Shown one piece after another: positions 28,901 to 39,200 of a stretch of 64,000 bases of DNA (position 1 is its first letter; every line of letters starts with the position of its first letter). The stretch covers positions 82,929-146,928 of the forward strand of contig CAZUDQ010000001.1 of NCBI GenBank assembly GCA_964619365.1, written 5' to 3'. This DNA is from an uncultured archaeon. Lineage in GTDB: Archaea; Altiarchaeota; Altiarchaeia; JAFGQM01. The position numbers and the translations under genes are program-made. Below the pieces are notes generated by a model, which saw only the letters and a list, made by a program, of their open reading frames with translations, made no database searches and was not told the origin of the DNA.

Positions 28901-30797
28901 TGAGATTCCCTACTTTTCCGGGATATGTGTCGGGTGAGTTCAAAAACTCTATTGAGATTTGTTGCTCTTCGAGTGCGTCTACGGGCGTTCCATTAAGACG
29001 GATATCATAAAATAGAGTAAGCGGCGGGTCGCCATGTGTTGTGTAGACTGGAGTCACTGTAAGTAACCTGTTGTTGGGGGAATATTCAACCACTTCAAGG
29101 AGTGTTTTCTGGGATGCTCGCTTGCCTTCATATATTATTTCAAAAACTAGTTCAAACTCGCCAAGATCACTTGGAGCGATGCAGTCTGCGCGCCATTTAG
29201 TGTCATATAAGATATCACATTTCTGAGCCCCGGAATATGCTTTTAATTCTGCAATCTCAGGATATAATTTCTTGCTGTTGAAGCTTATCTCATTTATAGT
29301 CGCGACAAATTCTTCATCGGGCGAAAAAAACTTTGGTGAAGAAAACCCGCTAAAAGAAAAATTCTCAGATGTGCTTGACACGCCTTCGCTTGTATAATTA
29401 AGGGTTATAGTCTCTTCTTTGCGCTCACCCAGTTCTAGTGTCGTATACTCTGAGGTATAATCCAAATAGCCGTCAGGCAGACCCTTTATAAGAGCATAAA
29501 TCTCGGTATTTGCAGGTACGCGCAAGTTCTCCGAGTAATCATCTGTGCCAAGAGCAAGAGCTCCTGCGACCCCGGAGCCTGAAAGAAGCTTTCCTGCTTT
29601 TGTCCAAAGTGTGATTGTCGCATTGTCTGTAAGAGAATTTCCGTCTTCATCTTCAACTTTTATTGAAAGGAAGGCTGTGTCGCCATCGCATTCCATCTCA
29701 ATGAATACGTAGGATAAGGTTTCAGTCGGAACAATGACTGTGTCACTTGCCTCTTGTGTGCAACCATCCTGCGCTGATGATGCGGTTGCCATTACAAGTT
29801 TTCCTGCCGGGATATCTGTGAAAATATAGCAGCCAGACTCGGCCTCCGATGTGGTTGATGTATTGTCTATTGTGCCTGTCCGAACAAAACTCGTGTCAGA
29901 GACACCGCTTAATGTGACTAGAGCACTGGATATTGCTTGTCCATTTGTTTTGACACAAACTTCAATCTCCCCTGTGGCCGCAGTTCCCGAAGCTCCTTGG
30001 GGCTTAAGGGAAAGGGTGATAGCTTTTCTGGTGTTGGTGAGACTTATTGTTTGCTCTATCCCGTCATACCCTTCTTTTTCTGCATAAATTATGTAGGACT
30101 TGCCCCCAGGCACGGTAAAATCCCTTTGACCAAATATCTCTTTTTGGTTGACTGCATAACTTACAGGCTTGTCGTTTTCCTCTTCTGCTATTGATATCTT
30201 AACGCCTTGGAGCGCAGACATGGTATTGGCATCTTTTACAATGACTGTTAAAACTGCATTATTTGTTATCGCGCCTGCATCTTTGCATATGTCATCAGGA
30301 AGCGTTACTGAGAGTTCTTGGTTGTCTGAAAGTGCACTTTGGGGTGAGGTATATGTCTTGCCATACGGGCCGCTGACAAAAACAGTAGCTGCGTCTTCTG
30401 TTATTCCAGTAAAGACAAACTGACTTTTTGTCCCCCTCTGGCTCGATAAGATTGTCCCTTCAGGCGATCTAAGCTCTGTTGTGATTTCGCAGTCTGGAGT
30501 ATCTTCAAGATACACAGTTACTGTCTTTGAATCTTTGTCTGGCGTTACTGAGCTTGTGCAATCTTCTGGACAGTTTGTCTCGTCCTCTCCAGAGGAGCAA
30601 ATGCCATCACCACAGTTTGTAGCTGGAGTGCCACCTAAAAGAAGGAGTGCTAAAATAAGGACTATTGCTATTATTGCTATGGGTATTATGACTGGGGGGA
30701 TGCCTTTGTCATCTAGAAACTCAGTTATCCTAAGATTATCTGTTAGAAGTCTGCATTTTTCGTTTATTATTTCCCAGATTTCTTTAACGTCAGGCAT
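25947..30797 (-). CDS. Large N-terminally anchored surface protein with beta-sandwich repeats, three dockerin-like domains, Cys/Asp metal-binding motifs and a C-terminal GGGCPF domain
   Basis: N-terminal TM; CGDGICSSGED; six EF-hand-like loops such as GDINDDAKITETDL; EICGDGYDNNCDGLID; GGGCPFVYSYDG. Confidence 0.8.
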   Translation of the reverse strand: MPDVKEIWEIINEKCRLLTDNLRITEFLDDKGIPPVIIPIAIIAIVLILALLLLGGTPATNCGDGICSSGEDETNCPEDCTSSVTPDKDSKTVTVYLEDTPDCEITTELRSPEGTILSSQRGTKSQFVFTGITEDAATVFVSGPYGKTYTSPQSALSDNQELSVTLPDDICKDAGAITNNAVLTVIVKDANTMSALQGVKISIAEEENDKPVSYAVNQKEIFGQRDFTVPGGKSYIIYAEKEGYDGIEQTISLTNTRKAITLSLKPQGASGTAATGEIEVCVKTNGQAISSALVTLSGVSDTSFVRTGTIDNTSTTSEAESGCYIFTDIPAGKLVMATASSAQDGCTQEASDTVIVPTETLSYVFIEMECDGDTAFLSIKVEDEDGNSLTDNATITLWTKAGKLLSGSGVAGALALGTDDYSENLRVPANTEIYALIKGLPDGYLDYTSEYTTLELGERKEETITLNYTSEGVSSTSENFSFSGFSSPKFFSPDEEFVATINEISFNSKKLYPEIAELKAYSGAQKCDILYDTKWRADCIAPSDLGEFELVFEIIYEGKRASQKTLLEVVEYSPNNRLLTVTPVYTTHGDPPLTLFYDIRLNGTPVDALEEQQISIEFLNSPDTYPGKVGNLTKVEGYDYWELSADVPFKGDYEITMDLLAESRGLFYQDTFVSGFSADSHSSKLSADISLSETMLLTGEDFMAEVILSFDGKTLPDIYDLELYLGGTFHGIFWNEARRVYEATVRAPGYEICSIPVSFYIFNEKIGNDIYIQVINTGLKAAATCPLDRSAACDNIEEVRKCLLNKKTKQTIYSDEQLKACISGGCGSGQTRVACDDSGNKGDLDADCQITEIDADIADSWLNTVGSDEGRLELVACLDINNDEIVDEKDTDCLTRLASGSWYGDIGEESDYGYCTVPMNGGFCFPLPMTSAIPGDFDSSRNIDDSDVETMQKIIDAINAGVTPAEDMLDFADFNQDGTIDESDLACLEGFQVADFTSGRIYKESGVVLDEDCINIFDLSCRGIKGDINDDAKITETDLVIINMIEQGMIRVSGPVKACADIDSDDDVDKIDIDCLNEYFKGDLEKWEICLDCDENLPDEAYSELEICGDGYDNNCDGLIDRDDPLCVCSASTPCEMYFDMDGGTSAGIDDGNYKVCRDVSWDQAGYKWMKEDEVACTKERGCGTYTCNDITMTCSSSGDEAGAWYSPGSLPGESCGDGWDNDCSGGDRECSTDSDDGGGCPFVYSYDGTDFVMEAAAFPIALAPAAETTSYSTLPSLRVSNGKLKVAVSQQLPEIAHLNTVKLFAVKHPKGTEVVPGVNGETYIISSPQKPISCTSRMGTDCKEELSYPEGIIYLHDLKNDLLVNTNDIDERILMTFDVPSGAKSATIIIKGKESGLLTFLWWGIYENLKTQSLGTFAVPILSSLESFLDKNGQVWVEYKKDGKWVLAGKKNLGYSLPGNGGKIAIPVECDGASLDIRLVFPISGFEIDYAAADFSGEKAAEVIEIDLDSAVRSDGQDALGELKNDDNEYVILHLGQWVEADFIAPQVTDGETISYIIAPKGYYENYFQIEFFGEDMDLLRIMLLGNYIYEYALENYVPNMAKFKEIYSPVEIDL

Positions 30798-30863
30798 TAT
30801 ATAGAATTTAGGGCAGACCTAATAAAAAGGCAAATCTAGTGGAGATTCATTTAGTCTTTTTAG

Positions 30864-31766
30864 TTAAGGGAGTTTGAGCATGCGCTCTATTGACTTTCTT
30901 GCAGGGACTGCAATTTCATCCGGGACTATTATTTCATCAGAATCTTCAGATAGCGCAAAAGCAAGTCCCTCAAGAGTTGAAAGCTTCATTCCGTCACAGA
31001 TGCCTTTTATTGACAGGGGATAGAATTCTTTTGTTGGGTTTTCTTGTTTCAGGCGATAAAGCATGCCGTTTTCCGTTCCGATTATAAACGGTCCTTTTTC
31101 CTTCCTGCAATAGTCCAGTATTCCTCCTGTTGAGGCAATCTCGTCTGCAGCTTCCTGTACTTCTGGCGGACATTCAGGGTGCACAACAACTTTTGCGTTA
31201 GGATAAATGCCTCGCACGGCATCAAGCTCCCTAAGATCCATTTTTTTATGTACTGGGCATCCACCATATACTGGGATTGGGAGTATTTCTTTTTTTGTGC
31301 GGGAGGCAACGTAATGTGCCAGATTTTCGTCCGGACCAAAGATTATTTTATCCGAGTCCATTGAGTTTACTACTTTTACTGGGTTTGAGGATGTGCACAT
31401 GCAGTCAGAATACGCTTTGCATTCTGCTGTTGTATTGACATAAAGGACTACTTGAGCGTCAGGATTTTCTTCTTTTGCCGCAAGTATCTGGTCTGGGTTT
31501 AGTTGTCTTGCCATCGGGCAGTCTGAGCGCGCATCAGGCATGACAACTTTTGCTGCAGGGTTTAGTATCTTTACCGTCTCGGCCATAAACGCAACTCCGC
31601 AAACGGCAATTAATGATGCATCCCTCTTTTGTGCCTCGCGAGCAAGCCCTAAAGAATCTCCGACAATATCTGCTATATCCTGGATTTCTGGAAGCGTATA
31701 ATTATGTGCCAGCACAAGTGCTCCCGTCTCTTCTTTTGCCTTAATTATCGCTTCTTTTGGGTCCAC
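30864..31766 (-). CDS. nadA: Quinolinate synthase
   Basis: LAHNY, GDSL, CGV.FMAET, CPMA, YVNT, CPVH, HPEC, GTE. Confidence 0.96.
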   Translation of the reverse strand: MDPKEAIIKAKEETGALVLAHNYTLPEIQDIADIVGDSLGLAREAQKRDASLIAVCGVAFMAETVKILNPAAKVVMPDARSDCPMARQLNPDQILAAKEENPDAQVVLYVNTTAECKAYSDCMCTSSNPVKVVNSMDSDKIIFGPDENLAHYVASRTKKEILPIPVYGGCPVHKKMDLRELDAVRGIYPNAKVVVHPECPPEVQEAADEIASTGGILDYCRKEKGPFIIGTENGMLYRLKQENPTKEFYPLSIKGICDGMKLSTLEGLAFALSEDSDEIIVPDEIAVPARKSIERMLKLP

Positions 31767-31772
31767 TTAGGT

Positions 31773-33572
31773 TTATTCTACAGTTACGCTTTTTGCAAGA
31801 TTTCTGGGCTTGTCTATGTCATGACCTTTAAGGAGGGCGACATAATAAGCTAAAAGGTGCAATGGCACAATCGTTGTTATTGGAAAAAGCGAGTTTCCTG
31901 CAAATGGCACGATTATCTTTCGCTCTGGGGCGTCAAGAACACTGAAATGCTCGCCGTCAACAACCTCAATTACCCTTGCCCCTCTTGATTTTATCTCAAT
32001 GATGTTTGAATCTGTTTTTTTCTTAAGTGGTCCGTCGGGGTTTATTGCAACGACGCATGCACTTTTTTCCATCAAGGCAAGAGGGCCGTGCTTCAGTTCG
32101 CCTCCCGCGTAAGCTTCTGCATGGAGATAGGATATCTCTTTTAGTTTAAGCGCTCCTTCCATTGCTGTTGCAAAGCTTGCTCCGCGTCCGATGTAAAAAT
32201 AATCCTTGGTGTCAACAAGCTCCTGTGCAAGTTCCATTAAGGATTCTCGTCCATCAAGAATCTCGTCAACTTTGGGGGGCAGGTTCTCGATATCCATAAA
32301 TATGTTATGAACCTCGCCGTCTGAAAGTGCGCCCTTTTCCCGCAAAATCTCAGCGCAAAAAAGAGTTAGTGCGACAAGCTGTCCGATGTAGGCTTTTGTT
32401 GAGGCAACAGCAATCTCCGGCCCCGAATAAGTGTATATTATCTTATCACATATCCTAGTTAGTGACGAACCGACGACATTGACTATGGCAACTGTCTTTG
32501 CACCACGTTTCTTTGCTTCTTTTGCGGCGGCAATCGTGTCTGCCGTCTCTCCGCTTTGGGATATGAGGACAACAAGGTCGTCCTTTGTTAAACAGGAACC
32601 TGAGGAGTAACGAAATTCGCTTGCGACTTCGGTTGTTGCCAAAACCCCGTTTTCCCGCAAGAAATATTTTGCGACAACACTAGCGTGCCATGCCGTGCCG
32701 CATGCAACAATGTGGATGTTTTGGGCGCCCCTTGCGTATTCTGCTGCATCTTTTGCCGCCTGACGCGCACCAAGCGCATTTCTTATAGCAAGAGGCTCTT
32801 CTATTATCTCTTTTAGCATGAAGTGTTCATACCCGCCTTTTTCAGCCGCTTCAAGAGAAAGGTCACTTACTATTATCTCTTTTTTTATCTCAGCTCCGCT
32901 TTTAATGTCCTTTATTGTCGCAGAATCTGAAGTCAGAATGCCCCATTCCATGTCATCAAGGATTATTGCGCGCTTTGTGTCTGCAAGAAATGCAGGCATG
33001 TCTGAGGCCAGGAAGTTCTCGCTGTCTCCAAGCCCTATTATAAGTGGGCTCTCGTTTCTTGCAAAAAGAATCTTGTCGGGAGCGTCCTCACATATACAAA
33101 GTACTGCAAAACTACCCTCAAGCCTTGAAACTGCTGTATGAAATGCATCTTCAAACGAACCCTCCTTATAATAATCCTCGATAAGTTTGACTATTGTCTC
33201 AGAGTCGGTTTCAGACTCAAAAGAATATCCTTTTTCCTTAAGCTCGCCTGCAAGTTCAAGATAATTTTCAATTATGCCGTTATGGACTATTGCAATTTTC
33301 CCATCTGAAGAAGTATGTGGATGCGCATTCCTTTTTGAGGGTTCGCCGTGTGTTGCCCAGCGCGAGTGCCCAATTGCACATTTTGCATCAGAATCCTGTG
33401 GTGCAAGAGACTTAACTCCTGCAACGCGACCCTTGTCCTTTATTACTTTAAGCGAGCCGTCAAGAAGAGCGATTCCTGCAGAGTCATATCCACGGTACTC
33501 CAAGCACTCAAGCATAGAAAAAATGCGTTTGCCAGCGCCTTTACGCCCGATATATCCTGCAATTCCACACAT
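31773..33572 (-). CDS. glmS: Glutamine-fructose-6-phosphate aminotransferase
   Basis: MCGI, EYRGYDSAG, RWATHG, SQSGETAD, ELKHGP, PRNLAKSVTVE. Confidence 0.97.
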   Translation of the reverse strand: MCGIAGYIGRKGAGKRIFSMLECLEYRGYDSAGIALLDGSLKVIKDKGRVAGVKSLAPQDSDAKCAIGHSRWATHGEPSKRNAHPHTSSDGKIAIVHNGIIENYLELAGELKEKGYSFESETDSETIVKLIEDYYKEGSFEDAFHTAVSRLEGSFAVLCICEDAPDKILFARNESPLIIGLGDSENFLASDMPAFLADTKRAIILDDMEWGILTSDSATIKDIKSGAEIKKEIIVSDLSLEAAEKGGYEHFMLKEIIEEPLAIRNALGARQAAKDAAEYARGAQNIHIVACGTAWHASVVAKYFLRENGVLATTEVASEFRYSSGSCLTKDDLVVLISQSGETADTIAAAKEAKKRGAKTVAIVNVVGSSLTRICDKIIYTYSGPEIAVASTKAYIGQLVALTLFCAEILREKGALSDGEVHNIFMDIENLPPKVDEILDGRESLMELAQELVDTKDYFYIGRGASFATAMEGALKLKEISYLHAEAYAGGELKHGPLALMEKSACVVAINPDGPLKKKTDSNIIEIKSRGARVIEVVDGEHFSVLDAPERKIIVPFAGNSLFPITTIVPLHLLAYYVALLKGHDIDKPRNLAKSVTVE

Positions 33573-33588
33573 CGCTAATTAAGAGAAA

Positions 33589-33972
33589 TTAGAGGTCCTC
33601 GGCATCAGAAGTAAGGTCTTCTTGCTTTAGACGCATTATGGCCTCAGCGATATCGCCACGCGTTTCTTCAAGCATCTCGACTGCCTGCTCTTTTCCAACA
33701 TTTGCCTGGTCGATTACCATCTCAACGTCTTCTTCGGTGATATCTGCTTCAACTGGTTCGTCATCAACTTCATCACGCTCAATAATCTCTCCCGTTATCT
33801 GAAGAGCCTCTTGTCCTGGCATCTTTGTCAGAATCACTTGGGGGTCGTCAATAAAAAGCGTCCTTTCCGGGCACTTGATTATGACCTGGGTCGCTTCAAT
33901 CTCTTCAGTCTTTATTCCAAGACGCTTCATCATCTGCTTCATCTGTTTAGGATTCATTCCGCCAGGCATCAT
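33589..33972 (-). CDS. nac: Nascent polypeptide-associated complex protein
   Basis: MNPKQMKQMMKRLGI N-terminus; UBA-like GDIAEAI C-terminus. Confidence 0.92.
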   Translation of the reverse strand: MMPGGMNPKQMKQMMKRLGIKTEEIEATQVIIKCPERTLFIDDPQVILTKMPGQEALQITGEIIERDEVDDEPVEADITEEDVEMVIDQANVGKEQAVEMLEETRGDIAEAIMRLKQEDLTSDAEDL

Positions 33973-34162
33973 TTTAAGTTATCTCCTTTAAGTTGTTTGC
34001 GAGTATTTGAGAGAAGTGAGAGAAAAAAGGCTAAGGTATTAGAAAGAAGTATATTCTGTTTGTTTCTTCTGTTTTTGGAAAACTAAAGGAAATCCATCGC
34101 TAAGATAACTACAGGGGCTAGTAGACAAAATACTATCCTTGAATCAAGATTTTTGGCGTGAT

Positions 34163-36199
34163 TTAGGATGCTAAAACTACATTTGCCGGGGAGTATATCT
34201 CTTTGTAGTAAGCTATATTCGGGCCGTAGGTCTTAAAGGCGTAGTCATATAGGTAGCGCTCATCATTTAAAATCCTGTAGACATCGAAATCTTCGCCAAA
34301 GAAAGGTTCTTCTATGCTAATGAGGTAATGTCCTTCAGGCCAGATGACATAAGTTCTTTCATACGCGTCCTCTTTTGGGATGTCTGCAAACAAGGCTTTA
34401 AGCCAGTCTCCCTGATTGAGTGTTATGTAATTATCGTCAACCGAGCTTATCGCGAGTTTTGCATTATTGCCACTGTTGTCATTTGCCCCGACTAGGGCAA
34501 GCTCTGTTGCCTTTACCGGTGTTTGCGCAAGGAACGAAACTCCTGTATAATCCACTTCAAATCCTCCTATTGGGAAGCTGAGGCGCACTTTAAGGGTCTT
34601 TTGCCCGTCAAGCTCTACTGGGAAAGCTACCTTTCCACCATCGCCTGAACCCACATAACCTGGCAGGTCTTTTCCTGCAAGAAGCCATTTGCCACCCGAG
34701 TAATATTCTACTTTTAGCTGTGCGTCCCTACCAAAGAAGTCTGCAAGGGAATTTGCCGATTGTAAGAATACAAAGGGACTGATATCTGCAGTGCCCAGTT
34801 CATTGTGGATTGCCCACCACATAAATGAAAGGAGACCCGATTCCTTGGCTTTTAGTATTATAGTTGCCCCCGTGGCGTCTTTTGGCACGTCAAACTCCAT
34901 TTGGATATGCTCATGAATGTCTGGTGAGTCCCCGATTGCTTTTCCTGCAAAATCATGTAGGTATGCTACTCCATCTGATAAGGATACATCTTTTTTGCAA
35001 TCAGTTCCAAAACGCGAAACACAAGTTACTGGGGTCTTGGTATCAGAAATAAGATAATTTGCCCCATCAGTTCCTGGAACAATTTCTGTTCCCTTTGGAT
35101 GGTCTAGGGCAAAAAGGCGTATTGCATTTATACTTGATATCTCAGGAAGCTGCTGAGCTATCGCAACGTCGAGGAGGCCATCTTTTGCCTTAAGGTATGG
35201 CAAAGCTGAATATGAATAAGCTTCTGCTGCAGGAATGAGTGCAAACGGGAAAACTACTGCTGCAAATTCGTAGTCGCTTCCATTATATGCATAGATAAAG
35301 GGGCATCCACCTCCCCCGCCTCCGCCTCCGCCACATCCCGCATCTCCTCCGCTGCAATCGTTGTCAATACCATCGCCACAGACTTCACTTGCTCCTGGAT
35401 GTATTGAGGGGTTGTTGTCGTTACAATCCCACCCGGCACAAGCGCTTTGGGCCAGCCAGCCAGGTTCTGCCACATAACCGGTAATATAGTTACTCATATC
35501 ACAATAATTGTCTCCATCAGAATCGCGGTATATGGTTATTAATGGCAGACAGCCTTCGTAATCATTTAAGTCTATACGCCCGTCACAATCATTGTCAAGT
35601 CCGTCAGTACAGTTTTCATCTAAACCAGGATTTACTCGGGTCTCATTATCGTCACAGTCCCAGTCACCTGCGCAGTCCTCAGCTACAAGCCATCCTTCTT
35701 CTGCCACATAATCGATTTTAACGTTAGTCATATTACAATAGCCATCACGGTCATAATCGCGGAATATATCTATTAATGGCAGACAGTCTATGTAATCATT
35801 TAAATCCGTCTTGTTGTCACAGTCATTGTCAAGTCCGTCAGTACATTTTTCCGCCACTGGAAAATTGATTGGTTTGCAAGGGCCGATAAAAAGTGAGGGT
35901 GTGCAGCGCCTCTCCCCCTCTGCGCAAATTCCAAAAAGTCCTGTATCACATTCAAAAGTCTCGCCGGGCGAACATTCTCTAAGGTTTGGGTTTATATGGC
36001 AAGTAGTGTTGCAAAGCACCACATTGTCCGAACGATAGGCCTGATCAATCTGGCATTTTGAACAGTCCACATTTTGTGATGAAATATTTTTTGCTTCTTC
36101 GCTCCCAGTTTGAACAAAAACAAAGACTGCTGTCACAACCGCTATTGCTACAACGATTATTAATAGGTACTCAAGAGCAGTCTGAGCTTTTTGTTTCAT
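34163..36199 (-). CDS. Class III signal-peptide (pilin-like) surface protein with Cys/Asp repeats and a C-terminal GGGCPF domain
   Basis: KQKA|QTALEYLLII; CTDGLDNDCD and DC.D....(V/I).PG..E.C repeats; poly-Gly linker then CPFIYAYNG. Confidence 0.82.
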   Translation of the reverse strand: MKQKAQTALEYLLIIVVAIAVVTAVFVFVQTGSEEAKNISSQNVDCSKCQIDQAYRSDNVVLCNTTCHINPNLRECSPGETFECDTGLFGICAEGERRCTPSLFIGPCKPINFPVAEKCTDGLDNDCDNKTDLNDYIDCLPLIDIFRDYDRDGYCNMTNVKIDYVAEEGWLVAEDCAGDWDCDDNETRVNPGLDENCTDGLDNDCDGRIDLNDYEGCLPLITIYRDSDGDNYCDMSNYITGYVAEPGWLAQSACAGWDCNDNNPSIHPGASEVCGDGIDNDCSGGDAGCGGGGGGGGGCPFIYAYNGSDYEFAAVVFPFALIPAAEAYSYSALPYLKAKDGLLDVAIAQQLPEISSINAIRLFALDHPKGTEIVPGTDGANYLISDTKTPVTCVSRFGTDCKKDVSLSDGVAYLHDFAGKAIGDSPDIHEHIQMEFDVPKDATGATIILKAKESGLLSFMWWAIHNELGTADISPFVFLQSANSLADFFGRDAQLKVEYYSGGKWLLAGKDLPGYVGSGDGGKVAFPVELDGQKTLKVRLSFPIGGFEVDYTGVSFLAQTPVKATELALVGANDNSGNNAKLAISSVDDNYITLNQGDWLKALFADIPKEDAYERTYVIWPEGHYLISIEEPFFGEDFDVYRILNDERYLYDYAFKTYGPNIAYYKEIYSPANVVLAS
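35370..35850 (-). repeat. Two diverged intragenic repeats of about 234 bp (Cys/Asp metal-binding units); boundaries approximate
   Basis: CTDGLDNDCD...DLNDY..CLPLI.I.RD.D.D.YC.M.N....YVAE.GWL occurs twice; cattgtcaagtccgtcagtaca is found at two positions 234 bp apart. Confidence 0.75.
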
Positions 36200-36248
36200 T
36201 CTAAGATTAATTACTAGGGATAAATTAAAAAGGAGTGAATGTCGTGGA

Positions 36249-39200
36249 TTAGTTACATACAACTTTTAAATCAAAGTCATCATCGTGATTAACATCTCCG
36301 ACAAAGTCCGTGAGGAGTGGGGTGTCATCAAAGTTAACACAATCCCACGGGGCGGTGTCTCGGCCGTTTACATCGGCATAACGACGGCATAGCTGGCAGT
36401 CATTTTGCATTTGAGGTGAGACACAACTGACTTTTAAGTCAAAGTCGTCGTCATAATTAACATCTCCGACAAAGTCCGTGAGGAGTGGGGTGTCATCAAA
36501 GTTAACACAGGACCACGGGGCGGTGTCTCGGCCGTTTACATCGGCATAACGACGGCATAATTGGCAGTCATTTTGCATTTGAGGTGAGACGCAACTGACT
36601 TTTAAGTCAAAGTCGTCGTCACCATTAACATTACCTGCAAAATTCGTAAGGAGGCTTATATTATTAAAGTTAACACAGGACCACGGGGCGGTGTCTCGGC
36701 CGTTTACATCGGCATAACGACGGCATAATTGGCAGTCATAGGAAGAATCCATGCACTCCCCGTAAAGGTCTTTTATATCATCTTCTGAAAGCTCATAGTT
36801 GTATATTTTTAATTCGTCAATTGCGCCATTAAAATATTGAGTATTGTCCCGGAAATCGTTTCCAATGACAAAATCGTTAGGTGAGTATGAACAATCTTTA
36901 CTTGCAGTCACCGTTCCATCCGAATTTCCATCAAGATAATAAGTTCCTTCTTGTCCATTCTTTACAAAGCATACATAATGCCAGTTCCCATCATCTAAGG
37001 CTGTGTTTGAGGTTTGTGTAAACCCAAATCCATATGCATTATCATAATCCCAAAAATTCAATCTATGGTTATAGACTCTAAACACATACTCTGAGTTTGC
37101 GTCCCCTGGTGACCTTCCTTGTTGTACAATTACTCCATTTGATGTGGTCTTTACCCACGAACATATACCCAGCTTAGACGAGGGGACACTATTGAAAGTG
37201 TCTTTGTGTATATAATCACTCCCATCAAATTCTCTTGCATAATCACATACCCCTTCTGTTGCTGTCGTACCCTGGTTTGTAAATGTTCCGGCAAGATTAT
37301 CTGGGATAACCCCTTCATTAAGGTCATCTGGATCGTTAAACGGAAGGTATGCGACTAGATTGTCTGAAGCGCCGTACCTGCACTCCTCATAAAGCTCGTC
37401 TATCTCAGATTCTGAAAGCTCATAATCATATACTCTTACTTCATCAATCATGCCTTCAAAAAAGGTCCTGTCTTCTGTTATAGACTCAAAGAGATTCCAG
37501 TATAACTCTGCACCTATCGAATTCAGTTTTCCAGTTATGTCCCCATTGATATTCCCTGTATTCGTGTCTTCTAAACTGCCGTCAATAAACAATTTAACAA
37601 CGCTATTTTTCAAATCAACAATCCCCACAATATGATGCCAAAGACCGTCATTAATGTCAAATGATGAAGAAGCGCCGAATTCCTGAGCAAGTTCATTATC
37701 ATCCCCCCTTACAAGTATGCCTATTTTGTTTGGAGGAGTACTTGCCCCACTGCCATCAAATCCTATTCCGATATCCAGTACAGTCCTGCCATTATCGCCA
37801 TCTCTAAAAGAAATCAAAGTGCCGTCTGACTCCCCACTATCGGCTTTCATCCATAATGAGATAGACGCCGCCCCTTCTTTTGAAAAAGTGAATTCGTTTT
37901 CTAGTTCAATGTAATTGTCAACTCCGTTAAACTCGCGCCCATAACTGCATGTCCCGTATGCTGAACTTGACCAGTGATTTGAAACAGCTCCTGCAAGAGC
38001 ACTTGGTATGACTCCGGTGCGCACATTATCAGGATTATTAAATGGAAGGTAGATAACTGTATTCTTTGAAGCGCTGTCTTTACATTCATCATAAAGCTCA
38101 TCTATTTCAGATGTAGTTAACGCCTTATTCCAAAATCTCATTTCATCAATCACGCCATTAAAAAACTCTGCAAGATTGCCACTCGCGTGGTGTGGATCCC
38201 TTCCGATAAATAGATTAGATTCAGAATTGATATTTCCAACCGAAGCAAAAGACGCTGTCTCAATAGCATCTAAGTATGCATTGGCTACCTCATTTTCCCT
38301 AACAAAACATAGATGATACCATCTATTTGTGTTTATTTCAACATCAGCGTCCGTGCGAGGTATAATATCATTCATATCATTGCCCGCTAGGAATGTTAGA
38401 ACTCCATTATATATTTGTGCTTCGAAGTTTCCTGCATTCTCATCCCGCTTACTGAGGAGTTGGGCCACCTGGTCTGTTGTTGATGCCATCTGGTTAAACC
38501 AGAAACAATAGCTAAAGTTGCCCGTACCAAAATCGAACTCATCGGTATTTGATATTTCAATATAATCACTACCCCCATCAAACGCTCGTGCGTAGCTACA
38601 CGTTCCGTCTGTTGAGATTGTGCCGTAGTCTGTAATATCTCCCTCAAAATCACTTGGAACGGAATCTCCCTTGATATCGTCGGGGTCGTTAAATGGTAAA
38701 TAAAGAACCTGATTCTTTGATAAACTGTCTTTACATTCATAATAAAGTTCGTCTATTTCAGTTTCTGAAAGCACACGATTGTAAACCCGCAGTTCATCAA
38801 GTGCCCCAGTGAAATAATATTCACCCATTCGGCGACCAATTTCCAGTGAATTGCCTATTGCACCTGCCCGTGGGGCTGAAAATGCAAACTCGTTGTCAAC
38901 ATAGATAAAAGCATCTGAGCCGTCATACCCATAAACAACATGATGCCATGTGTTAGCTGAATATGTATCTGGAGTGTCAATCCAATTGCTTTGTGCGGTT
39001 TGCAATCGATATGCGCCGGTGGAAAGGACTTGTAAGTCCATGGCGTAGTTATTCTCAAAAGTTACAAATGAGGCTACTGCAGGCAACGCTTCGGTTTTCA
39101 CCCAGACAGAAGCTGTCCAGACAGAAGGCTGGCTAAATGATTTACTTAGGTAACTGCTACCGTCAAACTCTCTTGCGTAGCTACACATCCCATCTGTTGA

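Noticed and set aside
33973-34162. Longest intergenic gap as a tRNA or ncRNA, and the 33811-34086 ORF
   Set aside because: No cloverleaf or convincing stem-loop; the ORF is antisense to nac and of low complexity
35305-35335. Poly-Gly G-rich tract as a phase-variation site
   Set aside because: It uses mixed Gly codons with no long homopolymer and behaves as a flexible linker
36252-36738. Possible diversity-generating retroelement TR/VR pair in the C-terminal repeats
   Set aside because: Differences between copies involve T, C and G as well as A, all copies are in frame within one ORF, and no reverse transcriptase is present in the window
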